A stretch of DNA of 64,000 bases. Source: Tubulanus polymorphus (taxonomy: Eukaryota; Animalia; Nemertea). Where the stretch lies: contig NC_134025.1 of NCBI RefSeq assembly GCF_964204645.1, positions 3,534,001 to 3,598,000 of the forward strand. The letters run 5' to 3'. Positions 45,477 to 58,052 of this stretch are shown here, piece by piece. The notes under the pieces are model-generated. The model did no database searches, was not told the DNA's origin, and was given only the letters and a program-made list of their open reading frames with translations. The stretch's first letter is position 1. The number at the start of each line of letters is the position of its first letter. The position numbers and the translations under genes are program-made.

Positions 45477-46856
45477 AACTTTCTGCGTCACTCTGCTATA
45501 GATAAATCACAGTTGAACTCTCTGAAATATCATCGTGTTGCAAAATATTCGAAAATCCATTGATTTTAAACTACCGGTTAGATTGAAGGATTGTATCACT
45601 TCAAAGAACTTCTTATATATTTGAATGAATAAAGAAATAAATGGTTTTCTGCATTTAATATTTTGTACCCTGGTGTTGAAAGTGATCTACTTTTTGTGTG
45701 CGTTCAATATAAATTAAAAATTGTAAATCACGGAGCAACGATTTTGTAGCATTTGTAAATAAATGGACATTTGATAGAAAAAATCTTTTTATTCTATTCC
45801 TGGCATTTGGGTGTTTTTCGTGCATTAATCTCTTCTATAAACAAAGTCCCAGGGATACAAGGACAGTTAGCCTTTTAACACTTGATTTGTTGATTGCATT
45901 GCCTACAAAACCATTTCTATTGATTCTATAGACTTGAATGAATCTGACAAACCAATCAATTATCATCTTTTGATCTATTGATCAAAGGTTCTGGTAAATT
46001 AGTCTTGCTGATTTCAGTTCACTCGTCACTGCACCAAGTTTGGAATCATGTTAATTTTAACGGAATTACTTAAATTTGTCAACTGGACTAATGCAAACTA
46101 ATTAATATGTGATGAAAGACAAAATAAATCCTTTGATCTGAAAAGTGAACTACACTTGAGTGTGCTTGGAATAAAGGAACAATGAATATACAATAAGAAT
46201 CTTTAACCTCTATGTAATATACATTATATATTAATGTGAATCTTGAAGATAATTCGTTAAAATATCTTGTATGATGATTAAAAAGAAAAATGAATCAAGA
46301 ATAGTTTTTGAATCATCTAAATATATATTGACTTAGGTGAGAAAACTGAGTAAAAACTTCAAATTCATTGCATGACTTCAGTCTAGTTTATATGAATGTT
46401 TATTTCATGTACATGATTATTTACTTGGGATACTGTTTTCGATTCTCACAATTCAAATGAAGGTGGATTGTTATGCCATACATCTCAAGCTATGAATTAA
46501 GCATAAAACTCAAAAAGCTTAAAATTCTGTAATTTGTCTTTCATATAAGATGTATAGTTATGTATGGTTTTAATGGGCCTATTGCTAAAACATTTAGAAC
46601 ATTTGAGGAAGCGTATTTCCTGAAGGTTAGTTAAATAACGGAAATATGAAATTTTAGATTTTGCTGAAATATCTTCAGTGATAACTACATGTAATATATA
46701 TTCATTCATCATGAATATACCAGATGATACAGTTAGCCTATAGTATTGTTTGCTGACCTAACAAAATTAGTGACCAGACTAATCAAGTAATTTAACTTCA
46801 GATCAAAAACTCTTGATCAAATTTGAAACAACAGTCACAGGTAATTTAACAGTTTG

Positions 46857-46976
46857 ACCAATGAGAGGAAAGCAATTAGCTTTAATTAGAGAAATAAACC
46901 AATCAAAATGAGGATGTAAGTTAGGACATTGGTCTTATGGGTATAAATACCCCGAGTTTTTGGAGAGAAATCATTC
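46857..46976 (+). promoter_or_regulatory. TATA/CCAAT promoter of the TALE homeobox gene
   Basis: CCAAT at ~46858 and ~46899, ATTGG at ~46928, TATAAATA at 46942-46949, and Inr-like TCATTC at ~46971 (about 29 nt after the TATA). Confidence 0.7.
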
Positions 46977-47014
46977 CACTGTTCAACAGTAACAACTCTA
47001 CAACCTCGAGAAAA

Positions 47015-48612
47015 ATGGCAGAATCCGTATCAACACCCGTGTCTGAGATCACTCCGAGCATAGTCATGCATCATAAACCTCTTCTACGTCGCAACCTTCG
47101 ACATCTACTAGACAATGCATCTGAAAACACGAAAAATGTCCTCCAATTGTTGAAATGTGAGAAAGAAGTGAGCATCCAACCCGCAGATATCATAGGCAGC
47201 ATGGATGAATGGTTTAACGATGGACTGGGTGTTGAAGTAGAAGAAATTGAGAATGAACTTTGTAAAGTCATCGCTGAAGAAGTTTCTGCTATTGATGACA
47301 AAGAAGAAATTGTAATATTCGATCTGAAAGCAGAGCTTGATTACAGCAATAGTTTCGGTTCGAATTTCACTGTGAATACCACCATGGAGTCCCCGAGCGA
47401 AAACAGCAAAAGCAAAACATCACTGCATGTCGAATCAAGATATGCGATGAGTTCAAGTGATGAAATTCAGCCGTCATCCTTATCGTCATACAGTCTGTTC
47501 GACAGTGATCTCCTTTCGTCCGGTTCAAATGGTGATTGCAACAGTAGCAGCAGTTTAAACCTGACATCTCTCATTGAACGCTTCGATAAGGTGAACAATG
47601 AAAAGGAAAACAAGGAGAATTGCGTAGATGTTCATTTGAGTCAATCGACATCTAATGTAACGGATATAAGTTTTTCGGATTTCTTTAGTGTTGAACTCAG
47701 TGATGATGTTTATGACTCGGAGAACTCGAGTTATGTTTTACTCAGCGAAAAATCGGATATTTCCACTCCTAATACTTCTTGTACATCATTTCTCGCATCG
47801 AATCCTGGACAATTCTTATCTTCAACACCAGTGGCGAATCATGCGTATTTGGAACCAGGGTCTCTTCTCATGTCTCCCATTAACACGCGTTGTTCGTTGT
47901 TTACCCCGGTGACTGAAGACAGCGGAATGTCTCAATTAATTTTCACATGCGAAGAATCGTCAAATCTGGTCGTCATCCGTCTGCGAGAGATTGAAGCCGA
48001 ATTACATCAAGTTGTAAATCGATACAGCGCCCCTCATCTATGGGACCAATACATTCAATCATATAAACAGGTAAGATTACCGCCGATATTGCGATTGAAT
48101 TAAAGTACTAATCTTAAAAAAAATAATTTCATTTGAAATAATCTTATTCGTGTTTGTTTTTTCAGGCAGATGATACCAAACGGAAGACGATGGCACGAGT
48201 TACGTACAAAAGCCGTGAATACTACTTAGTGCAGCTTCAGTTCAATGATGATTTACTTCACCTCGTCGATAAAACATCGCAGGATCTGAAATACTTCAAA
48301 GCGCAGCTCAATTGTCAAAATTCTACGATGAAACAAAGACTAGCCAGACGTCGCAAGCAAAATATCAGCAACATCGTACCGGCGACGGACTCTAAAATTG
48401 TGAAATCGAACGTTGTACTATCGAGGAAATCGACGCACACTAAAGTTCTCAACGATTGGTTCCAGGCGAATATCACTCATCCGTATCCAAAATCGTACGA
48501 TATTGTTCAGTTGGGGCGAGCTACTGGATTACCGGAAAAAAACATCAAGAAATGGTTTGAAAATAAACGGTATGCAATTCGCAGAAGTGTGGGCTTAGTC
48601 AAATCTTTCTAG
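47015..48612 (+). CDS. Divergent TALE-class homeobox protein (~500 aa, 2 exons: 47015-48070, 48166-48612)
   Basis: Phase-0 intron CAG|GTAAGA...TTTCAG|GCA. The C-terminal homeodomain VLNDWFQANITHPYPKSYDIVQLGRATGLPEKNIKKWFENKR has the TALE HPYP loop. The N-terminus is long, acidic and Ser-rich. Confidence 0.85.
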
Positions 48613-49027
48613 AATGGAGCAGCTAAATACTGTGATGCACACTGTGTTGATATATGTGCTTTCAATAATTCCGTCCAAATATATCTGATGTGCTAGAATG
48701 GAAAATTCAAATACAGTAATGCATACAGACTGTGTACTATTACTTGTGCTATTTCAATGAATATTTGTTCAAATATTTCAAATGCTTACCATTTTATGAA
48801 TGTCTTATTTGATGCAGAAATTGTACATAGAATTTAAATTTTTGTGAAATAAAAACAGTTTTTACAGAATCTCAGTTTTCACAGTAGTTTTTTTTTTGTA
48901 TGATTAAGGGCGCTGGATTTGTTTCTATTTCCATGGATGACGCAAAGATGTAAACGCTACTGATATTTCATCTGATGAGGCAAAGTTTTATTATCAACTT
49001 ACATTCACAAAATAAATGCAAAATTCA

Positions 49028-51803
49028 CTACTCCGCTGAGTCTATTCTCTTTGGCCAATCAAGTTGAACATTCTGAAATGAAATATGAAGCATACTTTAC
49101 AAAATACAAAACACATGAGAGCAATCAATCGAAAACATTGATTATGTTTTACCTCGACATCCAGAGCTAAAATATCACACTCTGACTCTAGTATACTTCC
49201 TAAATTTGGTGTAGTTCGACAAAAATCTCCGTGAACAAATTCTTTGATGTAACTATCGAACACTTGAATTAAGGGTAGTATTCAAAATACAACAAACAGT
49301 TATGACAAACAGTTATCTAAAAGGATACGTTCCGGCTTGAGTTTTCAATGACAATTTAAAGTGATGTCTGTCTAGATATTCTGCAGACATCGAATGAATA
49401 GTCCTCTCTCGAACTGCCAGGGGGCGCCTGAAATACCAGATGAATTAAAACTTAACCAATGAAATGAGGCAAGTTTTACAGTTTTTAATTCATTTTGAAG
49501 AATTTCAGAGGTGGATTTTCATTGTTTACATTATGGAATTAATACCATTGTCTTATTTGGGATAAAATAAAGGTTTGATATATGCAATAGTAGAGGTTTC
49601 ACTGTATATTAATTTCATACCTGTGTAAAACTCTTATAGGTGTTTTTTGATTTAGTACTAAGTCTGTAATTCCATTGATTTTATTGTCAAGTGTTGGTTG
49701 AGTTACAGCGTCTTTAACCCAACATAAAGCAGAGTACGACTTTGTTTTCTCCATTTCTCCATCCTTCAAATTACTTGTATCGTCCTTAGTGATCATTTGT
49801 AAATCTCTGATTTGAACGACAGAGCAAGCAGAATTGATCATCTGAAATAAAAGTAATAGCAAATTATGCCTACATTATAATGAATCTTATAGAAATTTTC
49901 AATTTTACCTGCTGCAGAGATTTCATGTCTTCAGACGAAAAAGAAGTTCGCTTTGGATTGATAAATTCCACAGCAAAGGGGCGACCTAAACGAGTGAAAA
50001 AATCAATATTCACTTGCAGTTTCTGCAGGACTGAGAACATCCATCTAACAATCACTACTTACCACTGCCCAACATACGTACATCAACATCTTCTCTACCA
50101 GACGATGAAAACTTCAAATCTGAAACAACATTCATTCATAACTTGTATTATATTCTCCGATCACAGGTTCAAACAGGTTCATAAAATGCTAACCATCGGA
50201 TTTGACATAAGTTTCCAAAATATCACAGATTTTTTCCTGAACTGATGATTCCATTTTCTTTTCGCCATCAATTAACCAAGGAGTCTGACTCAATTTCCTT
50301 GAATACTTGTTATAACGACCTGAAATATTTCAAGCAGAACAACATCAGCGATCAATGAATAACATATTTACTCATTTCTGAATATCAGCTTATACTTACC
50401 AGCCATATATAAGGATAAATGTGAGCATGAAATCTTATCACAAATAGATTTCAGTACAGGGTTTATTGGAGGACACTGTGAATACCTAAAAACACATTTC
50501 CAAAATAAAGAGAACGACCCAAGAAGCAGTCAATCAAACAATGAATATGCAACTCTAATCACACTTACTTTTTGAATGAGGATTCAAGACATGAGTCTAA
50601 AGCTTTAGAAACATTAGCTCGAGTAAACAACTCCCAACCATACTAAAATCATTATAGAATTGTGTTAACTTAATGAATTTTGAATGGACTTGTATGAAAG
50701 GTTTCTATCTGTATTTACCCTGTTGTTCTTCCTTTTTTTGAAAATTTCAGGAAACAATTCAGTTCTAAAATAGTAATAAGTTACTAATTCAACCTAAATA
50801 GGCCTAACAGAAGTACCTATGCACAAAGTGTCTAGGTTACCAATGTCATCAGATGAAGGTTAAAAATACTTACAGAAATGAAAGTTCCTCATTATTTTTC
50901 TCATAAGTGAAGGTAAGGGATATTTCAAAAGGACTCTGAAAACGAGACCAATAATCTAATATCTAGGCCTATAGCAATAAACAACAGAATTTTAACATTA
51001 TTTAAAGTACAAACCTCTTGTTGAAAAGGTACTCCTAACTTTTTAGCCAATCGAGTCATGCAAATATTTTTCCAAACATCTTTAACTTGAAGAACATCAG
51101 TTTCTTTTTCATAAGACCTAAAAAATTTACACACCGGTGTCGCTTAATTGAATATAAAATTTAGCCATCAAAAGATAATGTACATTTGCTTTGACACTCA
51201 CGGGCATTTATCCTTGATAGTTAACCAAATTGAATGCTGAAAGTAAATAAATGCTTCAAGTTTAAAGTAAATATTTGCATTTTTTTATAAATATTCCACT
51301 GCTATTTACCTCCCTTTTCAACACACAAATTGGTAACGTAATGGAACAAAAGAAATTATGGAATTCATGGTCAGTGGATTTGATCGTATCTGATATCTAA
51401 AAAGAGAGAAAAAGCTTATGCTTAATGATTGAATATGAAAATCATACACCATTTGTCTTATCTTGATAAGGTTCACTACCTTTTCTATAAAATCGTCAGC
51501 TGTATGTTCTTGAAGAATTCCTAAACAGCTACAACAAACATTTTGAGTGATAGATAAAGATTTTTCTGATGTCAATTCTTCTAAATGTGCTTGGAGTTCC
51601 TTATAAAAGAAGATGTAAGGATTAGAAAGCCTTGTTTCTCATTGAAAGTTCTGTTTATTAGTTCACTAATAATAATCAATTACCTGTGGCTGTTTATTGA
51701 AAACTAGGCTGTCCTTTTCACCACTGAGACGCAGTGCACACAAGGCACAGCATCCTATATCTAATAATACTGATGCAACAGATGGCTTACAGGGTATGGA
51801 CAT
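49028..51803 (-). CDS. PUS10: tRNA pseudouridine synthase Pus10
   Basis: N-terminal CxxC (GCCALCALR) and VCCSCLGIL, then AGRYNKYSRKLSQTPW, catalytic SSGREDVDVRMLG, QKTPIRVLHRRPLAVR, TQAGTYIKEFVHGDF and ILALDV..LDWP. Stop at 49028. Confidence 0.93.
49253..49328 (-). other. U12-type GT-AG intron in PUS10
   Basis: Donor GTATCCTTTT and branch CCCTTAAT near the 3' end. Splicing restores QAGT|YIKEF. Confidence 0.9.
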
Positions 51804-52187
51804 CGTGAACCTCCGCTTATCTGAAATAAAGAAACGCTTTTTCATGAATTAATACATTTGCCATGATGCAAAAGATATAGGGATTCGAACCTAAAATGTG
51901 TGCGCGCTCCGGGGTAATGTTGATATTCATGAATGGGAGTTACGAATAGATATTTTTACATAAAAAAACAAATCATCCATGTATAATGTATACGTGATAA
52001 AGTGTAGACCATTCCTCATGAAAAGATTAATGGTTTAAGATGCCATGAACTATTTCTTACTCGGCAATTAAGCAGCTCCTAATAATAAAATTAAGCGATC
52101 TAATCGTGACTTAAAAAAGCAACATGTTGCCGCGAAGTCGGTCACAATTTCAATTGAATTGAATTGAATTGGTCACATGATTTAAAG

Positions 52188-55100
52188 ATGGCGGCTGCCT
52201 CCTCATCGATGGAATCACAAGTGTCAAAATTAAAAGCAATTATTGACGGCGAATATGGACCAGTGAAGGACGAAATAAGAGCTTTTCTACGGAACAATGA
52301 CCTTTTCAAGATGAAGTAAACAAAAAATTTGAATATTGTCAATGAATGAATTCTTACTTCATCGGTTGCCTACATTTTATTTTTAGTTCATGATGTTTGT
52401 GGATGTAGTACCGTACCCAGGTGCCGGTCGCTAAGTTATTAGTCTATATCATGTTATTGTTAGTAATAGTAAGCCCTGTTGAAATTACCATTTTGACTGT
52501 CAATCTTATGGAACAATAGTACTAAAGTACTGCAATCTGTGTAGGCCCCTTGCCCTTGGTCCATCCTGTTCATTCATATATCAAAGTCAAAGACTAAGAT
52601 GGACCTACTTAATTAGTCTGTATCTGTATCTGTATCAATTAGGCTGCTCGTGGTCCTTATGAGGCGCTATGGCATTGTGTAAAAAATAAATCTTATCTTA
52701 TCTGGACTGCACAGCCCTACTGATTCGATTAAGACCTATTTGAGTTATGCACACCCAAAATTAAGCGAAATAACCCAAAAAGATCGTGGACAATAGAAAA
52801 TAAATAGACTTTAGCCGTTGTTCAGGACCATAACAACGTCTGGTATTCAGACTTGGCCCATGTATGCTTTAGCCTTGTTGACTGGGCCTTTTATTTATTT
52901 CCAGATATGATTTATCAATGGATGAACATCGGGCGATTACTCTTGAACGAGCTAAAAGTTTATTCAGACTACCAGCAGTCCAGGGTGGTTTTGATGACAT
53001 TGTAAGTGTGAAAACTCCAGCTTTTCATTGAAATAGCTATAACATCATTTTGATGTCAATAAGTTTTCTAAGTCTTCATATTAATGTTTCATTGTACCTT
53101 CTGTATATACTTTTCAATCATCAGGTAATCAATAATGCTGGTCATATTAATAAAGGTTTAGCCATAGGAGAAATAGGTTCCAGTACAGATTCATCTATTG
53201 GAATAAAGGTATGTCCCTCTGGCTATTAAAATCCATCATGGATCTAACCCAATGTTGCCCTGTTTATTCATTTATCATTGCAGTTAGGTGTAATGGTGTG
53301 GCTATTCGGTGGTGCAATACTGAATCTCGGTACTGAAGACCAAATATTGAAATGGTACCGACCTCTTAAAGGGCTCCAGTATACAGGGATGTTCGCAATG
53401 TCTGAACTCAGTCATGGTAGCAATGTGCGAGGAATTGAAACTGAGGCTCATTATGACAAAAACACCCAGGTAAATAGAAAGATAAACCTAAAATTGTCAT
53501 CAAATTGTTTCATTGTTAAAAGGTACACATTATGTATTGTTATATATTTCAGGAGTTTGTTATCAATTCACCGTCACCAGATTCTTATAAGATGTATATT
53601 GGAAATGCTCTGAATGGAGATTTCGCTGCTGTTTTTGCTCAGCTTTATGTTGATGATGATTGCAAAGGTTGAAATTTTTGCATCGAATGCTATAAATCTA
53701 CAGTTCTGCATTCAGAGAGTTAACTCATTGAAATTGAGTTAATTTTCAACTCAGACTTCGCTCTAACTCACAACTACAGAACCGCAGATGAAGGGAATTT
53801 CTGATGTCCTGTTATTTCTGTTGTAGGTCCACACTGCTTTGTCGTGCCAATTCGAGATGAACGTGGGGTTTTACAAGCTGGTGTTACTGTCTCGGATCTT
53901 GGGCCGAAAGGAGGATTAAACGGTGTTGACAATGGAATTCTGTCATTCAACAATATTCGAATTCCCAGAAATAATTTGTTGAACAGGTAGATTATTTGAT
54001 AGAGAGGCAAATTGGGTGCTTTTAATTGTTCACATGAAAACAGAAGAAATATATGTATATGTATATATTCAGATTTGGGGACGTATCTCCAGATGGTATT
54101 TATTCATCGACTATCAAAAATGATGACGCAAGATTCAACGCAATGCTCGCTGCTCTGGTTGGATGTAGATTAGCTGTATGTTACCAAGCACTAGCATCCA
54201 CAAAGGTAAGTGTTGTGAAAATATGTATCTAGTTTTCTTTAGCACTAAGTATAATCATTAAACCATAATGGTAGATTTGCGATTATCATTTTATAGATTG
54301 GACTAGAAATAGCTATCAAATATAGTACGAGGTAGGAGATATTTCTCGTAGTTCATTTCATCTTATTAAGTCTTATCTATAATGTGTTGGTATCGATGAT
54401 TTTCTGACATGTTTAGGAGGAGACAGTTTGGTAAGAAAAATCAACCCGAAGAGATAATCATGGATTATTTAACTCATCAGCTACGTTTGATGCCTCATCT
54501 AGCTACCTCATTAGCGCTTACGTTTTCCATTCGGTATGTTTGTCATCTGATAATCTTCAGAAATGTTGCAGGTTTTCACTAATTGTCACAGCATTTTGTA
54601 AATGAATAATTGCAGTTATGCTGGTAATATATTATCAGAAGAAATCTATGCAAAACGTCCATTAGTTGAAAACCGAAAGTTTCAAGCTTTAGCCGCTGGT
54701 TTGAAAGCATATGCCACGTGGGACTGTATCAGTGCGCTGCAGGCATGTAGGGAATGCACTGGTGGAATGGTATGTACCAGTAGAAATATATACTCTCACC
54801 ATTTCTGAAATGCTCTCGGTCATTTAATAAATTCATTTTAACTTTTCAGGGCTTCATGGAAGTGAATCGATTGTGTTCATTGAAACGTGATGCTGATATA
54901 TTCACTACATTTGAGGGCGATAACATGGTGATGCTTCAGGTGAATTTACATACTGTAGTCACATAATGACGTTCTTCTATCTTAGATACAAGGCTGGACC
55001 CAGTTCCACAGTTGTGAGTTAGAGTTAACTCTTAAGTTAAAGTTAGTTCATTTTCAATGAGCAGAGTTTAATCTTAAATCGGAACTGTGGAACTGGACCC

Positions 55101-56118
55101 TGGTGTAGACTGTTAATTAAAACTTAATATTTTTTTCATTTTTAGCAAGTTACTAAAGAACTGTTAATTGATTATGCAAAAAGATTCAAGAATAGTAAAA
55201 TGCAAGGAGTTGTTTCTGTGTGGGCTGATGATATCGGAGATGCACTAAAAACGAGGTAATTCCATAAGATGATTATTGATGAAAGACGGTTGTCATAATT
55301 AAAATTTTGAATGATTTTCTAATTAAAGTAGATTTGCGATATCATCAATGCCGTTGTGCAGCGTTGAATATGCGATTCAAGCATTGAGCTTTAAGGAAAG
55401 CAGATTGTTGAGAATGTTGGGTAAAAGATTGAAAAGTAAGGTTAGTATCACGACTGATGACAATATACCCGTGTCACTACTCTTGAATGTAGAAATATAT
55501 AAAATACTGATTTTATATCTAAGGTTGACAATGAAGGGATGGAGCCATTCGATGCATGGAACCAGTGTTTAGATCATTCCATTGAGTTAGGATGGTGTTA
55601 TGTTAAAAGGGGTATGTACCGGTATTGTCTCACTAATTAATTGTACGGTATATTAAACAATGTACCATAATACTTGTTCCTGTATTTTAGTCACTCTCGA
55701 GCAGTTCAAACTAGTGGTTGATTCCTGCACTGATCAGGAAACAAAATCCATCCTAGATAAGTTTTTATTGTTGCATGCGATTGATATTATGTATAATGAA
55801 AGAGTTTGGTTCTTGGAAGCTAACTATCTTACAAAATCTGAATCGAAGTTGCTGAGAGACAAGGTGAGTTGAAAGCAGTACCGGTAGTTTTCTGAAATGA
55901 TTTTCTAAGTACACGCACAAAATCTTGTGCGATTTATATTTTTTCAGATGCTTGAATTGTGTAAAGAAACTCGACAGCATGCTTTATCTATAATAAAAGC
56001 ATTTGACCATCCTGATGTGTGTGTCGGAGCTCCAATAGCTGGATACTATGATGAAAGTGCTCCGTGGGCATATTTCCCCGAGTTGAACAACGAAGAAAAA
56101 GTCAAATCGAAATTATGA
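52188..56118 (+). CDS. ACOXL: Peroxisomal acyl-CoA oxidase, ACOXL-like
   Basis: [68 protein letters not shown] and catalytic TFEGDN. C-terminal PTS1 -SKL. Confidence 0.88.
54997..55100. mobile_element. Short MITE; a degenerate reverse copy lies at ~53697-53787
   Basis: GACCCAGTTCCACAGTT ... AACTGTGGAACTGGACCC inverted ends. The internal GTTGTGAGTTAGAG and TTTCAATGAG are shared in reverse complement with the 53.7-kb intron. Confidence 0.65.
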
Positions 56119-56853
56119 ATGCTTTACCTTAAATTAACATCATCATAAACAGCTGTAATTCCATTCAGTGCCATGTCTTCTTTCTGAAGCAATGTAACAT
56201 AATCGTGCAATAGATATATTGATTCTGTATTAACAATGTACACTTGCGTGTATGAAACCATTGCTTGAAAATCACTGTTATAATTCACCTGAAACTACTT
56301 TACCGGTGACTTATTGTATTTCAATTGAATATTATTGTCTCAATGAAGATTTAGCAAACGGAGTTTAAAACGAATATTTATTATGTACCGGTACTTAGAA
56401 TTTGAATGTGTGCATGCCATTCTAAATAAATGTTATTATTTATTGAAATAGGGCTTGCGAGAGATAGCTTGTTACAATAAATTAATTTTATAATTATTTT
56501 TGATAAACTAATAAATAAAGATATTAAGGTGCAATACTGATATTGTTATTTCAATTGTATGTTAGAAAAATTTCGGCGTGGTTTTGTTAATTTCGACGAA
56601 GATCAATAGAGGATTACTGGATGATAAATTTATACACATAGAATCTCATTATGAAAAACACGAGGAATCGGAAAATCTGAGTGTTAGAGCCAATATCTTG
56701 AAGCTTTTTTTAATAAGTTTTATTCCAGTTTATAAAACGGAAAGAAATGATGACGGTTCATGTTTTTCATTTTCCTGTTCTTGCACAACCCACGTGGTTG
56801 GATCTGGTTACTGAGTTGTGAATGATAATATGAAAAGCCTCATGATTCATAAG

Positions 56854-57039
56854 TTATAGAACATTGGCCCTCCTGAGTTTATATAGATCCACGAGTCTTG
56901 CTTGGTGGTTCAGTCTGGTTCTGTTGCGAAATAAAATCTGGATGAAAAATGACGTCCCCCCACCGAATTGGCTGCTGTCCTTAGCCTCACTCAACGAAAA
57001 ACTTGATATCAAAGCCCACAAGATAAGATGAAATTTCAT
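56854..57039 (-). CDS. Candidate small secreted peptide (61 aa)
   Basis: MKFHLILWALISSFSLSEA is a textbook signal peptide, followed by a cationic 42-aa tail. The segment is more GC-rich than its flanks. No homology recognised. Confidence 0.4.
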   Translation of the reverse strand: MKFHLILWALISSFSLSEAKDSSQFGGGTSFFIQILFRNRTRLNHQARLVDLYKLRRANVL

Positions 57040-58052
57040 TGCCAATAAAATTTTCTGTTTATTACAGCATAAGTATATGATTCAGAGAAATAAATGACCA
57101 CTGCAATATACATATTAAAGGAAGTGAAATAATATATGTATTTGACTAAAACTACTGATCTTATAATGTATGCTATGCATGTTATATAGATAATAGGCAT
57201 AAATCCTAAGATTTTCACGTTGTATGAAAAGTATAATTGATAGCCCTAAGTTTAAGGCGCCTCGTCCATCTAATACACAAAACCACAATACCAGAAGTGT
57301 TTTTTACATTGAATTACTATCATAAAGTGTGAGAAGAGACTTCAAAAATACAAAAGAAGTCAAATTTGTGTAATACACATGAATTTCTTAAAATCTGTCG
57401 ACACAATTTATGAAATATAATCTAATTCTGTCCTAGAAGTTATCGTTCTAAATGATTACCTCAAGTCTGCAATAGCCTTTGTACATTAGTTGCAATAGCC
57501 CGTAATGTATCTTAATATATAAAACAACACACGACACAAAGTGACACATCAGTTGATTTTAGACAGCATTACTTGAATTACGAGTACACATTAAGCATGA
57601 ATACTGTTTTTTCTTTTATGAATAATTCACTACCAGGTACTCCTGAAAGGCTAGAAATACATACATCACCAACATCTATTCCACAAACTATATGATACAG
57701 CAACATGCAATGCCACTAAGTGTTCCTCTCCATGCATACATGTAAGATCCACCCAGAAAAATAAATACATAACTATGTGTATTTACACGATTGCCTTTTA
57801 TCTATGTACAATAATATAAAATGTACATGTGAGTGATAGGGAAATGCGAAAAAGTTACATTGATACATGTATATATAGATATTGGCTGACAATAAGTCAT
57901 ATATACATAGTTTTTGGTATCCTCATACGATTTTTCATTCTTTTCTTTTTTTCTAGAGTTTTATGGGACAAAGTGTTATCTGAAACGACAACGAAAAAAT
58001 ATAACATCATCTTAAAAAGAAATCATATGAAACCGCGAAATAAATGATTCAC

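Noticed and set aside
46937-47014. ORF-track start of the TALE gene at 46937
   Set aside because: It lies upstream of the TATA box and predicted TSS. AAAATGG at 47015 is the better start.
51876-51890. B-box GGTTCGAATCC (minus strand) near the PUS10 5' end
   Set aside because: No A-box or cloverleaf, so not a tRNA. At most a SINE relic.
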